64,000 nt of DNA from Octopus vulgaris (taxonomy: Eukaryota): positions 75,950,001 to 76,014,000 of the forward strand of contig OX597823.1 in the NCBI GenBank assembly GCA_951406725.2, given 5' to 3'. The notes below the pieces were generated by a model. That model saw only the letters and a program-made list of their open reading frames with translations. It was not told the DNA's origin and searched no databases. Positions 14,714-29,121 of the stretch are shown here, one piece after another. The first letter of the stretch is position 1. Each line of letters opens with the position of its first letter. The position numbers and the translations under genes are program-made.

Positions 14714-15539
14714 TGCCGGTATAGCCTATATAATAGGCGCAGGCGTTGATTATATTGGCGCAGGCGTGGATGTGTAGTAAATAGTTTGCTTTATAACCAT
14801 ATGGCACCGGGTTCGGTTCCACAGCATCATTTCCTGGGCAAATGTGTTCTACTTTAATCTCAGGTCTAGCACTACCAAAGCCTTGTGAGTGGATTTAGTA
14901 GACATAAACCGAAAGAAGCTAGTCATATATATATCTTCCGGAAGGGAGTAGTAGCAATAAGGAGTTCAGGCTTGTTGTTGTGTACGCCCCTACAGGGTGT
15001 AGGCAACCGGATTTCTTAAACTGTAAGAATTTTTGTTTTCAGAATGTCCCTAACTTTACTACTAGTAGGTGACTGGAATGCTACCTTCGAACTAACTTTG
15101 GATTGTAGGGTAAACTTCACATATCTGCTCAAATATTTCCAACTGACAGATAACGACCTTCCAGATCATGTTTAGAGAATGTTCTCTGCATCGCAGCATA
15201 TAATGAATGCATGGTTTGTTCACATTTTCATATTCTCGGATTGAGAGGGCACCTTTTTGGTTTTTCTCCACGGTCATCAAGGATAATCTTCGTAGGCAGG
15301 CTAGTTTCCGGAAGATAATCGCGTACATTCTGATGTGCCAAGCTTATCGTGAATAGGTTAGCGAATTAGAGAAGCTATGTTGATAGGAGTGATTGTCAAC
15401 AAATGGTGACTTTCGTCTTGAAAAGTGCGATTCAGGTTGAATCTCTAAGGTTCAGTAAGTTTATAGTGATAAATAAAACTTGAGTAACGTCAGGTTTACC
15501 AGATTGATTCAAAACATATTTTCGTAATTCAAGTTGTAA

Positions 15540-15700
15540 TTAATAATTCAAATAAATTTTATACGAAACCAAAATATATCCCATCATATTCTATTATCTG
15601 TTGCCACCGTTTTGCCTGAAGCTCAATGCCGTGCTTATAGCATTTGGCTGGCTTAAGGGTAAAAATTTCTCTGCACCCGTTTTCAGCTTAATCTCAATTG
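15540..15700 (-). pseudogene. Possible mariner transposase C-terminal remnant
   Basis: Minus strand KPAKCYKHGIELQAKRWQQIIEYDGIYF resembles the mariner C-terminal FY..GI..L..RW...I...G.Y motif. Confidence 0.5.
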
Positions 15701-16169
15701 TTGAACCACTCCTCAACCATTCAAGCAAAGTATCATCTACCCCCAACAAAAGGTCCCTCTAGCCATGGTTTTATCTTCGATGTTGGTATAATCTTACTTG
15801 ATACGTCTGAATCAGTTTTGTGCCACATGTACTTTGACAAATGTTGGGCCTCCAACATCATTAATTTCTTTTGCCACTACACTCACGTTGAGTTATTTTA
15901 TCCACAAGTAACGACTTTGATAGCAGTTTCCACAGTTAGCGGCCTAAATTGAATTTGTTTGACTACATATCAGACACGCCAACAAAAGAGAAAAGGAAAC
16001 GATTTCTTGTCAAAACTCTGAATCCGACTTTATTGACTCATACAATCCGAAAACGATATCCATTTATTATCACCAGGTCAAGATTTTAAGATACCGGATC
16101 CATAAAATTCTAAAGAAAAACGAGTAAAATTCTTAAAATTTCCTGAGATAACTGACATCATCGTTCATA

Positions 16170-17290
16170 ATTAATTTCTCCTGAATTTGTGTTTCGATGA
16201 TTTTCTTGACTGATGGACCCTAGGAGGATTACGACCAAGTTCCAGCAATGGTCTCATATGCAAGTCCCAACTTTCATGGTACCTTTGTTTCCAGAGGGAA
16301 ACATTCTCTCTGTTTGTCACTTGTGTCTCCAAGATTTTCAAGGAATTTATCAAAGAGACTGTGAATACAGTGCAGCTCATATTTGCTCCCCACTTTTTAA
16401 AATGTCATCGATATTTCAGTATAGTTGGCTGCTTTCTTGTTGCCCAGAAAGTAATTCACAACTCTTATTGCAAATGAATTGCATGCAGTTTCTTTAATGC
16501 AGATCGTTGAATTTACTAAATTCTCATATTTCATTGATTTTCTGATCTGAGGCACATGCAATGCTCAAGCTTTTATCTTTTCACTGCTCAAGCTAGGAAA
16601 TGTGTTGCAGATATAGTGAAATAATGAACCATCTTTATCCAGAGCTTTAACAAACTGTTTCATAATGGAGGGGAGGTAAGATGATTATCCCCGTTTGAAT
16701 TAAAGGCTCTGCAACCACATTAAGATACCCTTGAACTAATGTTCGCTGCGCCCAGTCTTAGATCACACAATGTTTTTCCTTGGCTCTGCTGTCCCTCACA
16801 CATAAAATGTATGGGTATTTCGTCTATCGATCTTGTTGCCCAAGGAGAAAATTGTTCAATTTAAAGTCCATATATATCATCCAATGATAATTGAGGTACT
16901 TAATTTTCTGTAGCGTTGCTTGCAAGACTTCATTTCCTATTTAGTAGAATGAGCAACTGGAAAAGAAGCTAATAAATTCACATTAAGAAGCAGAATACAT
17001 CTCAAACTTCTTTTCGATGTATCAATTATAATACTCAAACTAATTGCATCATATTCCGCTAATCACATCATCTGAAGTAGTCCCTCAATCTGTGTGCAAT
17101 ACACTAACTCATCATTTTCTGTGAAGAACGGAAAAAATTCAGCATCCCTAGTACGATAGAAGGTGACATTGCTTCCTTTTCAAAGAAGAATTTTAAAACT
17201 TTTAATCGAGGCGCGAGAGTTTCTCCAGATTATTTGCTAAGTGTTAGTCTTTTACCAAACCACCGAATTCAATTTGATCAAATAACTATG
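16170..17290 (-). pseudogene. Decayed DNA transposase, Chapaev3/CMC-like
   Basis: Minus-strand fragments IIDTSKRSLRCILL...FPVAHS, LGQQ...TKYP, DSRAKEKH, IILPPLH, MKQFVKALDKDG...FPSLSSEKIKA, PQIRK, FLGNKKAANY, ENLGDTSD. The family name is from recall of these motifs. Confidence 0.75.
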
Positions 17291-17546
17291 GGTCTGATGA
17301 ACTAGTGCCTACGTAATCCAGATAATCTTTTTGGTTTCATTTGGCTCGGGCTATACTTCCTGGTCAATAAGCTGATGAAGTTTTGTAGTAATTTTTAGAG
17401 GTGCCTCTTTCTTAAAAATGAGGTGAGTTGCGAAAATTAGGGTATTTAGTTATTCTAATTTCTAGATGTCATCGTAAAATCAAATTCGATTTTTGGATAC
17501 ATCATATCGAAAAAACATTGTCCTGACAATAAAATACCCATTGGAA

Positions 17547-18345
17547 GGCGGCGAGCTGGCAGAAACGTAAGCACGCCGGGCGAAATGCGTAGCCGTATTT
17601 CGTCCGCCGTTACATTCTGAGTTCAAATTCCACCGAGGTCGACTTTGCCTTTCATCCTTTTGGGGTCGATAAATTAAGTACCAGTAACGCACTGGGGTAG
17701 ATATAGTCTACTTAATCCGTTTGTCTGTCTTTGTTTGTCCCCTCTGTGTTTAGCCCCTTGTGGGTAGTAAAGATATAGGTATTTCGTCTGCCGTTACGTT
17801 CTGAGTTCAAATTCCCCCGAGGTCGACTTTGCTTTTCATCATTTCGGGGTCGATTAAATAACTAGCAGTTACGCACTGGGGTCGATATAATCGACTTAAT
17901 CCGTTTGTCTGTCCTTGTTTGTCTTCTCAGTGTTTAGCCCCTTGTGGGTAGTAAAGAAATAGAAATAGGTATTACAACCGTCGCTGCGTTTTGAGTTCAA
18001 ATCCCGCTAACGTCAACTTTGTCTTTCATCCTTCCGCGGTCAATAAATAAAGTTCCAATGAAACACTGGGATCAATGTAATTGACTAGTCTCCATTTCCA
18101 AAATGTCAGACCTTGCACCTATGGTGGAAAGGATTATTTTTATTACTATTAATACTTTTAGTTGGTGAGAATGGCCTGCGTAGGGACATTTCATCCAGCT
18201 CTTTACAATCTGATTTCAAATTCTGCCGTGGTTCATATTGCCTTTCAGCCTTTCTGTATCAAAGATACAGTACCAGTTGTGCACTGTAACTGATGTAATC
18301 GATTTTCACCTCCCCTATATTTGCTGGCCTTGTGCTGAATTATGA
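17547..18345 (+). mobile_element. Cluster of 3-4 tandem family-A SINE units
   Basis: Repeated CTGAGTTCAAATTCC...GTCGACTTTGCCTTTCATC units at about 17615, 17800, 17990 and 18210. Confidence 0.85.
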
Positions 18346-20119
18346 AATAATTTCATGACTATAATCTTAACTATGTTTGAATGCTTAAATTGCTACAGAA
18401 AATGTATGTTTAATATATTTCGCGACCCTGAATTTAAGAGACCCTACTTTTATAAATACGTGAATATAGACAGGATATTGAACCGGAATTTTATTTTATT
18501 AATCCTAGAAGGAAAAACGCTTGCTTCAGACAAATTTGCGAGCAGAACACGACACATTCTCTCTGCAGCAATATTTTCAGTCTACAATGTCTAACACTCC
18601 ATCATTATGGCAATAATAAGCGCTTTTGTTACTGTAGTAATAACAGCAATATTTTAACAATTATTATTAAAGAATATTATAAATATCATCAAAATACAAA
18701 GCATTAATTATATTGGAAAACACGATTCCTAATTCATGCCACATCAACAATTTGTTGATTTCTGAGAAAAGCTTAATTTAGTATTAATCTGGATTGTGAA
18801 TTATGATACAGATTTTATTTTATTGTGTTTCTTTGATTGCTGCCTTGCTTGCTAACATTTTCAGATGCTAATCTGGATTCTAGAGAAAATAATGAAAACG
18901 AGGAAGAAATGAAAGCAAAAGGATTGAAAAACGAAATAGAAAGAGATTAAAATGAATTTCAAAAAATACGAGATAAGAAGAGAAAGAAAATGGAATTACA
19001 AAATGAATAAAGCAAAAGAAATGCAGTAAATGGAAGAAGAAAATATGAAAATATTAAGAGGAATTGCAAAAAAATAATACCCTTCAACAGAGAGAAGAAT
19101 ATCAAAATATTGAAGTAGAAGAACTTGTTAACAGGAGCGTAAATGAAAACGAAGAAAACATACTGTGTAAGAAAATAAAGGTCTAATAGTGGAAATATTA
19201 AATATCTGTTGGTGATTGTGGTAGCAAAAATAGTGAGTGGGGGATTAGTCAATTAAATCGATTATAGTACTTGACTGGTACGTTATTTTCTCGAATCGAA
19301 AGTAATAAAAAGAATCGTTACGTAATCGAATCTTAAATCAGATGTTAAAGCTGTAATGAAGTACCGCAAGGCATTTTGTCTAGTGATCTAATAATTTTTC
19401 AAGCGACTGCCCTCTTTATTTTATGCTGAAGAAAAAACAAAGTGCCAATGCAGTGACTCTGAGAATTACATGATAGAGAGACGATGTTATCCTATTTTTA
19501 GGGCATACGTGATTTCCTTAAAGCCGTCTAGAGTTCTAGATAGAAGTATTAACCCTATGGTGTACTACGTTTACCAGCCAGGTAGCCTATGTGGAGGTTT
19601 AAGTCAGAACAGGAATGAATGCAAAATACAAATACTACAACGTATCAGCTCCGATGTCCTGGTCGTTTTGAAAATTCACCGTCCTTGTTTTTGTGCATTT
19701 TATCGAACCCAAATGGCAGAAAGGCAAAACTGACATGGGCAGGATTCGAACTCAGTATTCATAGGAGTGTAGGTAAAATCGCAACGCTTGAAGGATTCTG
19801 CGAATCCGTCAACTGAAACCGTAAATGTTTATTTCTAGTTTAGGCACATGACTATTAATATTCGGAGTAAGAGTAAGACTGATATTTTAACTTAATAACC
19901 CCAAATAGGATGAAACAAAGCTGGCCTCGGTGGCGCTTGAACGCAGAATATGAAGACTCTGAACCAGATGTTTCTTCTAGAGTTCTAATAATTCAGCTTC
20001 GAATCTGCAAATAATGGTTTAAAGTTTCATTTGGATCAAATTCAATTTGCATCCATTGAGACATATAAAAACTATTATTACATACTGAAAACAATATCCT
20101 CCAAGCAATAGAATTGTGG

Positions 20120-20330
20120 TTTCAAATTTCGGCACAAGGCCAGCAATTTCGGAGAGGAGATAATCGGTTACATCGACTCCTGTGTTCAATTGGTACCTAT
20201 TTTATCTACCCCGAAAGGATGGATGGCAAAGTCGACCTCGGTGGAATATGAACTCAGAACGTAAAGACGAGCCAAATACTACTAGGCATTTTGTCCAGTT
20301 TCTTAACGGTTCTGCTAGCATGCCACCTTA
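20120..20330 (-). mobile_element. Family-A SINE (older)
   Basis: AAAGTCGACCTCGGTGGAATATGAACTCAGAACG. More degenerate copies lie near 1500-1647, 19230-19410, 19700-19950 and 23150-23310. Confidence 0.75.
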
Positions 20331-23300
20331 TAGACTATTAAAAACGAAATTAGTAACTCCAAAGTAGCTGTTGCTTGAGCCTAGATTATACTTGATCGGG
20401 CAAATCTCTGATAAAAAAATTCCATTTGTACGGCTCTCGTTTTTAAGACTGTGGTGTCAAATTCGAGGGAAATATTGGTGTTACTTTTAGCTAATATTCC
20501 TCCGTCAGGCGTTGTCACTCAGGAAAACTATCAAACGGAAAATTATTAAAGTTTGTATTCCTACATTATCATTTCAAATCATATCAGTTAAGGCTTGGCC
20601 TTCCCTATGCAGATTTCCATAAGTTCCATTAATAATATGTAGCGTACACAAGATACTGGTATACAAATTTACGGTAGTCAGCTTTGATTTGATGATGTTA
20701 AAATATCTAATTACATGGCTATAGTTCATCCTTGTACTTTAAAGCGTGATAATATTTCCAGACGGACACGTAGGGTATCTATAACTAAACAGTAGAATCC
20801 ATATATTCTAAACTAAACAGTAGAATCCATATATTCAACCATTATTGTAGTTTTTAAATTTCAGTCATAGACACAATACAGGCAGCTGTACCACGTTGCT
20901 CTCTAAATTATTCTTTTGTACGTTGTCAAAATATTCATTTCCGAACAAAAGATTACAAAAGAAATATACAAAGAGAAGAATGGGATAAACAAATTGAAAA
21001 CAAGAATCTTTATGTTCCAGCGACACTAAATTACATAAATAATATATTGAAAAGCATTGGAAGTTGATAAAAGTAAATTTTAAGAACAGGTGTATAAAAA
21101 CAAGAACAAACTATTCCAAAACGAAAAACAATTATAAAAATAAGCTTTAAAATGTAACGATACATGAAGACTATAAAAACAAAGAAAGGTATATTTAAAA
21201 AAATAGCCGTTTATTCTTGTTCCATTTATTATTTAATCGTAGTTCCAACAAAATGATTATTATTTAATCGTTTTATGTTGGATGACATAATCGCTACAGC
21301 GACGAAGAAAATTCATTGCACTATTAATATATTAAATTATAAAGACGTTTTACAGACTGAATCATTAAACACAAGAACAAAACATTTGATATTTTTTCCA
21401 GCTCTTTAAGTTTCGTGATCAAATAACTCTGAATTAATATTTTAAGTTCATCGATTCAGGGTCGATAAAACAGAGTATTAGGGCTGATGAATTTCACTAA
21501 ATACCTCCTTTCAAAACTGAAAATGTTGTATCCTAAAATAGAGATTAGCAGTAACAGAAGCAGTAGTAGTTACTTTACAAAGTATGCAGTCACAGAGCAC
21601 CTAATGAATTGGAATATATTCACGCTTTGTTTTATGTAATTTATGTAATTATTTTGATGTAGGCTAATAGGTTTTTGAATTCACGAATGTTGATTCGACA
21701 TATCGGTTTGAGGACTTTGGAAAAAATTAAATAAGATTTGTTACGCAAAACAATCTGCGTAACTTCTGGATTCACGGTAAGGCGTACCTTCCAAGAACCT
21801 GGTTGTTGAGTACATGCTCTCAGTAATTTTGCATATAATTTTGTTGAGATTACAAATATAAAAGAGATGATAAAAATATCTTATGGAAATTAAGCAAGAT
21901 ACTCAAAATCTGACGTTAACTATTTGGAAAATACATAGAACGCTAATATATTTGCAATTTAAAACCGATACTGGTGATAGCGCAAATTTACATAACGCTA
22001 CAATACCAAAGTTAATTTTAGCAATGTCTTGAGAAATGAACTGTAAAGGAAAAAGCTCACCTAGAATATATCGAAAAATTATGCAGCCAAGTTTCTGCCT
22101 CCATGGTTTGACAATTTTATCGGCGAAAGATCAGTATGATAAATTACATACTTTATTATCTGAGAAAGAATATCGGTTTCAGAGCAGCTTCAAAGAATTT
22201 ACATTAAGCTCTGGTGAATCTATGGGGTAATACGATCATCGTTTAAGAGAGGATGTGGGGCTATGTACTTCATTCTATGATCTGAGGTTGTGGTAAGATA
22301 ACATGGTGAGTTGGCGTTCTACGCTCCTTTCAGACGCATAGAGTAAAACAGATACAACAGACATAGTTAGGGACGTTGATCCAGAAACGTATTTTTTTTA
22401 AATAGCGTACAAGCAGGTTTCAAGCAACAAATAGAAAGAAATGTCGCATTGTTGGACAGAGTCAGCTAAGGCATACAGCTTCCAGGGACCCACAAAATAA
22501 CATACTGCCATCTCGGCGCCTTAATCCAACGTGTGTGAAGAGGCGAAACCAAGTACTGCAAGGTAGAGAGTCCAGTAGTTATATATGTAGAAATATGGAC
22601 TATGTGAGGGCATTTTCTCCAAAGAGGTAAAAAGTTGTGTAGGATAGGAAGGACAGCAGTAATAAAAGACAAGTGATTTTGACAACGGAACACATTTCAC
22701 AGATTTGGGAATGGATGAGGTAACTGCCTCGGATTTTCTCTGTTCTTCTGCAATGGAAACTATAATATCTTTGCTTGCTTGTGTTTAAAGAGTGATGAAA
22801 ATGTAATAATGCGTTTTACAATTTTCCCGAAAGGGAAGTACATATTGTATAATATAATTTAAAGGCAGGTCAGTAAAAGGTATTATTGGCATATGACTTT
22901 TGAATGCGATTTGACGTAGGCTGAATACTGGCTATTCAACGAAAACCTAACTAGTGCGGAATATGTCGTGACAGAACATTCAAGTATCCGTCAACTGAAT
23001 TCCTAGCGCCACATGGAAGGAATATTAGTCTGAATAATGCGGCCGTGGTATATGTGTATGTGCGTGCGTATGCATAACTTTGTTACTACGTAGTTTTGTG
23101 TTCAGTATTATTGCATAGAGTTTTCAACAAATATAAAATCCAGAGACCAAAATGAACTGGCTGAATCGTTTCCACAGAGGGGAAAATGATTAACGGTATT
23201 TCTTCGTTTTTCAAGCTCTGACTTCAAACGCCAGCAGGGTCATTTTTGCTTTTCATTCTTGTCGGAGTTGATACAATAAGTAGCAGTTGAGCACTGGGGT

Positions 23301-23672
23301 AATTGACTTACACCCAAACTCACCTTGTTAGTGAATTTATTCGACGAAAACTGCATGAAAGACCGCCTATCTGGTGTTGTATGTATGTGTGTGTGTGTGT
23401 GTGTGTGAAAGTGAGTGTGTGTGTGTGTATGTGTGTGTGTGTGTGTGTATTAGTATACGCACTTAGGTATTGTGTTTGTTTCTGCATCGGTTGGCAACTG
23501 CAGTTAATTTACTGAAGTCCACCTATCAAAGCGATCCAGCAACACAGCTCTATAGAATAAGAACCTGAGCTATAAAAATACGAGGCAGAATTTGATCCAT
23601 TCAGTTGCACCATGTAAAGCGACGCGGCAGTGTGTTCGCTGTCTAATGACTGTAAGAAGTAAAGAGTATATG

Positions 23673-23736
<64 letters not shown>

Positions 23737-24221
23737 TACATATATATAAATATATATATATGCTTGTGTGTGTGGGAGGTGGGGAATGGCTTGCGCGTGA
23801 GTGTGTTCGTGTATATATGTGGATGTGTGTGTGTGTATCTGTGTGTTTATGTGTGTGTGAGTCTATGCATGTGACTGTGTGTATATTTTCCAAAACTGAA
23901 GAATATACACAAAAAAGGAACAAATGTGAAATTCAAACAAGACACGTTCGTTGCTCTTTTATTGTCACTTAGCGTCCAAAAGACAGTGACGAAAATAAAC
24001 ACGACACAAATGTGAATATATAAAAGAATATGACGTGAATACACAAACAAAATAAATATAAAATATTCAAAACTAGTCTGTTCAGTTCAACGGCGGAGCG
24101 TATATGTTGGTAACACAAATTAGAATGTCCTATAGGAGTGGAAACGAAGAGAATGATGGAGAAAAAAAAACGAAAGATGAAAACATGGAACTGACATATA
24201 TATATACATACATATATATAC

Positions 24222-24284
<63 letters not shown>

Positions 24285-24565
24285 AACATATACACACTCA
24301 TACATGTATGAATTGCATTGACGGAGGGTAAACCGTACCAACAAATCATATATAATGTAAGGAAATATTATTAGAAAGACGCTGCACGAAGAAACTATCA
24401 ACTATAGATGTAAGATAGTCCAACACTTACGCTATGTCGCTAGCAATAAAAACATACTGATTACTTTGACAACTAAGAATTTCTTCATAGTACAGTTATG
24501 ATCAAATAACTCTATCTACTATGCTACACATCCTTACTTATTCTTTATATCTATCTATCTATCTA

Positions 24566-24610
<45 letters not shown>

Positions 24611-24613
<3 letters not shown>

Positions 24614-25255
24614 AGAAGAAAGCAACAAGAATGGATTAGTTGTTCAGTACAATTGTTTCATACGAAGAACAGATTTATTTAAAGCTGCAACTTAGTTTGT
24701 GAAATGATTCGATGTGTGATCAACATCTTCTCCTCATATATCAGGAATTTACATCTGCATTATTATGGATACATTCATCTTCTCTGTGAATAAAATCTTT
24801 CCTCATATCTCCGGAAATTAAACCTGCATTATTATGGATGGATTTACCTTTTCTGAGAAGCTAACAATCCTTTTAAAAACCTTTTATAAAACCGTGCATC
24901 ATTAGAAAACATTTTAAGTCTGCTTACAACCTAACTTTGCTTTTCATAGAACTCTCTTCGATAGTTCATGAGTGTAGCCTCACTTCCTAGGATGTTTGGA
25001 AAACTCATATGTATTTTGGCTGATGAATACGGGACACTTGTATTTACTGCAATATTTGCAGCTTTAAATAAATCTGTTCTTCGTATGAAACAATTGTACT
25101 GAACAACTAATCCGTTCTTGTTGTTTTTTTCCTGTTTATAATCACCCCACATTACTTTATGTTTAATACCATAAAGATTTCTGGTGCATCTAAGTTAAGT
25201 ACCGCATTCATTTGAATTCATTGGAATTCATTTGAATCTTAATTGTTTTACTGAT
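24611..25255 (+). mobile_element. Non-coding PLE pLTR-like insert in (TA)n with inverted 5' fragment
   Basis: 24623-24690 is the reverse complement of about 25057-25123. Contains the hammerhead at 25015-25103 and an internal ~69-bp degenerate duplication (24731/24800). (TA)n on both sides. Confidence 0.7.
25015..25103 (+). ncRNA. Type I hammerhead with long stem-II insert
   Basis: uuugg-CUGAUGA(25020-25026)-AUACG...50 nt...CGUAU-GAAAC-AAUU-GUA/cugaa. Stem III is the palindrome ACAAUUGU. Stem I relies on G-U pairs. Confidence 0.7.
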
Positions 25256-25276
25256 ATATATATATATATATATAAG

Positions 25277-26130
25277 CAGGCCGAAGACCGTCCCCCGAGG
25301 AACATCACTGGGCTACAATGGATTCCACTAATCACTATATGATCTGTTATATTCTGCAGGAAATATTCAATTCTGTATTGTAGTATTTCCACGGATTCCA
25401 ACATTTGAGAATTTTTACGTTAAGATATACTGGTCGACTCCACCAAACGCTTTACGGAAGTCAAGATCAGAGTTCGAACATGATAGCAAGGCTTTAAGGA
25501 CATCATCGATGTGGCTTAACAGCTGTGTTAGACAGTCCGTGTTGCAGTGGAAGCCATACTGGTTTGAATTTTGGAGATTGTGGCTCTCCAGGAAGCCAGC
25601 TATACTTTGTCACACCACCTTTTCAAACAGTGTGATTATATGGGAGGTGAGTGAGATTGGGAGATAGTTGACTTCGAAATATCTGTTTCCGCTGTTTGAA
25701 AACCGGGATGACAGACTAGGATAAGTGCTGTTTCTATATAAAAACTAAGTTTAGAAAGTTTCTCCAAGAGACTAGCGAGGAATCTATCAGGACCTACAGC
25801 AGAATAATATTTGATCTCATTTATTGCTGCTATGATGTCTGCAGAAGTAAAGTTTATGTCCGACATTATATATTGAGGATCGACTTCGTTCACTTTCCTT
25901 GTATCAATATCAGTAGGATCACTAAAGACAGAGCATTATTGTTTTTGCAATACATTTGCTGTTTCTTTAGAATCACGTTGAAGAATACAGTTACCGATCA
26001 GTGGACCAATGGGTGAGACAGCGGTCCTATGCTTATTAGCATATGAACAGAACACTGTTGTGCTCTGTTTGACTTTTTTGATTACCCAGTGTTTCTCTGC
26101 ATCTCTTTGATTTTGAGTGCCACTTTTACG
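25277..26130 (-). pseudogene. CR1-like LINE RT remnant
   Basis: SAVGPDRF, NQYGFH...CLTQLLSHIDDV...LDFRKAFGGVD, and a degenerate GVPQG-like motif near 25290. Confidence 0.75.
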
Positions 26131-26441
26131 TTGGTCTGTAGATGAAGTTTTTCCAACACAGGCCATTCCATCGTTGTTTGTGTAACGATGTTTCAAAGTT
26201 AATTTCAGGTAGGGATTCTCAATTAGTTGAACGTATAAAACAGTTTTAACTGTCCAACGTTACGGAAAATCTCCGAATTAAATATTTAATGCATATGAAG
26301 TTCACAACAACAAGCTGTTTGTGAGAGTATTTTAATTGGTCGATATTTCAATTAAGTCTTTTGATGCTCCTGATGAGTGTTTTTTCTCTCTTCTAGGGAA
26401 CCTATTTCTGTTTGTGATAATGAATAACGTAGGAGCGTGTT

Positions 26442-26533
<92 letters not shown>

Positions 26534-26605
26534 TGTGTTTGTGTGTGTTTGTGTGTGTGTGTATATATACCATAATCGTTATTTACCACCAATACGTAAG
26601 AGATT

Positions 26606-26720
26606 TCACCCTGATGAAATCTGCACACGCTGTGCGTCTATTTTACATCTAACATTGTTTCGATCGTGATCATCCGAAGGAATGTTCACCTAATAGCCGG
26701 ATTGAAACACGAGTAGTCAT
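26606..26720 (+). ncRNA. Degenerate hammerhead-like motif with long stem-II insert
   Basis: CUGAUGA(26611)-AAUCUG...CGGAUU-GAAAC-ACGA-GUA. Stems II and III pair, stem I is poor. Confidence 0.45.
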
Positions 26721-26759
26721 CTTTTTCCTTTCTTTCTTATTTTGATTCTGTTACTCTTT

Positions 26760-27140
26760 TACTCTTATACTCTTTTACTTGTTTCAGCCATGCTGGAGGA
26801 CCGCATTTAGTCGAGCAAGTAGACCCCAGGAATTATTCTTTGTAAGCCTAGTACTTATTCTATCGGCTCTCTTTTGGTGAACCGCTAAGTTACGGGGACA
26901 TAAACACACCACCATCGGTTGTCTAACACCAACGCAGACACACAAACATATAATACATACATACATACATATATACGGCGGGCTTTTTTCAGTTTCCGTC
27001 TACCAAATCCACTCAAAAGGCTTTGGTGGGCCCGAGGCTATAGTAGAAGATACTTGTGCAAAGTACCACGCAGTGGGACTGAACCCGGAACCATGCGGTT
27101 CGTAAGCAAGCTACTTACCACACAGATACTCCTACGCCTA
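26760..27140 (-). mobile_element. Family-B SINE
   Basis: Homologous to 3335-3692. Confidence 0.85.
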
Positions 27141-27253
27141 TTTTATTTGGATTACAACACGATTTGCATTCATCGTGATTCTAATAAAATTAAATAAGTA
27201 TCCACTATATTCCTTCTTCATTTTCTTAATTTACGTAACTATTTATACGTATA

Positions 27254-27297
<44 letters not shown>

Positions 27298-27311
27298 TAT
27301 ATAAACATGCA

Positions 27312-27371
<60 letters not shown>

Positions 27372-27469
27372 CATTGGAATAATCAATTTATTAGACCTTA
27401 GAACCCTAGAGAATACTTCCCTAAATGGAAGTTGAATTTTCATCCTGAAAAATATATATACTTTTATGC

Positions 27470-27852
27470 TTTTATTCTTTTACTTGCTTCGGTAAATTGA
27501 CTGCGGCCATGCTAGAGTACCGTGTTTAGTCGAGTAAACTGACCACAGGACTTATTCTCTGAAATCCTAGTACTTAATCTCTCTGTTCTTTTGCGAGCAT
27601 CGGTTGTCAAGCGATTTTGGGGTGGGGGCAAACACATACATACACACACGCACACACAAACACATACATAGAGTATATATACTATATACGCCGAGCATCT
27701 TTCAGTTTACGTCTACCAAATCCACTCATAATGCTTTTGTCGGTCCGTGGTTATAGTAGAAGACATTTGCCCAAGGTGCTGCGCAGTGGGACTGAACCCA
27801 GAACCATGTGGCTGGTAAGCAAGCTACTTACCATACAGCCACTCCTGCGCCT
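27470..27852 (-). mobile_element. Family-B SINE
   Basis: Homologous to 3335-3692. Confidence 0.85.
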
Positions 27853-28009
27853 ATAGATATGTATATAAATCATCAGAAATGTACAAAATAATTTCCAAGG
27901 AACGATCAGTCCTTTTTGTTATTAATAATTTTCTGTAGGGTGAAATAATCTGATATGAACGTGTATTGACTTCTATTTTTTTTTTCTTTAATTTTTTTGT
28001 CAATAATCC

Positions 28010-28065
<56 letters not shown>

Positions 28066-29121
28066 GTTTTTTTCCAAGTGTGGTCTATTTATTTGCTATA
28101 ATGTGCAAGAATTATAATTTAGAATCATCAGCAAGTCAAACGTTGAAGCACAATTCAAAAACATCTTCCAGCAGGATATTAATATTTTAACAATTTTTTT
28201 TTTTCTAACTGACATAATTATAAAAATAAATTGTAGTCAGATGACAAAAATAATAATAGCAGATTATTCTAGAAACACGTAAGCATGCACGCAAAAATAA
28301 GAGCCGTTAAATATTATGAAGGGAACACAACACGCAATAATTAATATGAATACTTAAAGTGTTACACCGGGGAAAATATTTGCAAATGACAAGTTTTATA
28401 CTGACAGGAAAGCGTTTTTAAAAGATCGGATATTTTTTAGCGTACTGTGATATGTGCTCGAAAGCCATAATCCATTAACACATTTTTTGGAATATGCGTC
28501 AAGGGAAGAAAAATAGCTGCTGGTCAAACCATAGTATCATTGCAAGACTGTACATGAGAGAAATACCAGACGATGTCGAGTAATAAATTTTGAAACGTAA
28601 CAGCACACCGCAGCAACATACACAAATGAAAAAAAATCTCATCATTACTGAATTATAGAAAATGGTAGACACTTCGGAGTTGTTCCACTGGTGAGAAACA
28701 GAGCAGCTCCGCATTAAATATAGTGACGAAATCAGTGAATTTCAGAAAGGGATTCTCAATTACAGGAATATACAATACTGTTTTAACTGTCCAACGTTAC
28801 GGAAAATCTCCGAATTAAATATTTAATGCATATGATGTTCACAACAACATACCTTCTCGGGAGAAACTAATTTTTGATAGCATTTTAAATATTGTAAGAC
28901 TGCAATGTACGAGATGCACAGGTGAATCGTCTATCAACAATAACCGTTCAGCTGAGACGGTTTGACACGACGAAAAGCACAAACACGTATAAATCTATAT
29001 ACACACCACCATAAGTAAATTTATCTAACACACGCAATTGTATATATATTTGTATCCGTGTGTGTGTGTATGCACATTACATATTAATACAAATATATAT
29101 GTGTGTATATGTATGCATGTG

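Noticed and set aside
22530-22560. GTGAAGAGGCGAAACCAAGTA resembling a tiny hammerhead
   Set aside because: Lacks C3, a stem II and a convincing stem I. Other isolated CTGATGA/CTGAAGA hits (e.g. near 17294, 17372, 21484) also lacked a paired GAAA.
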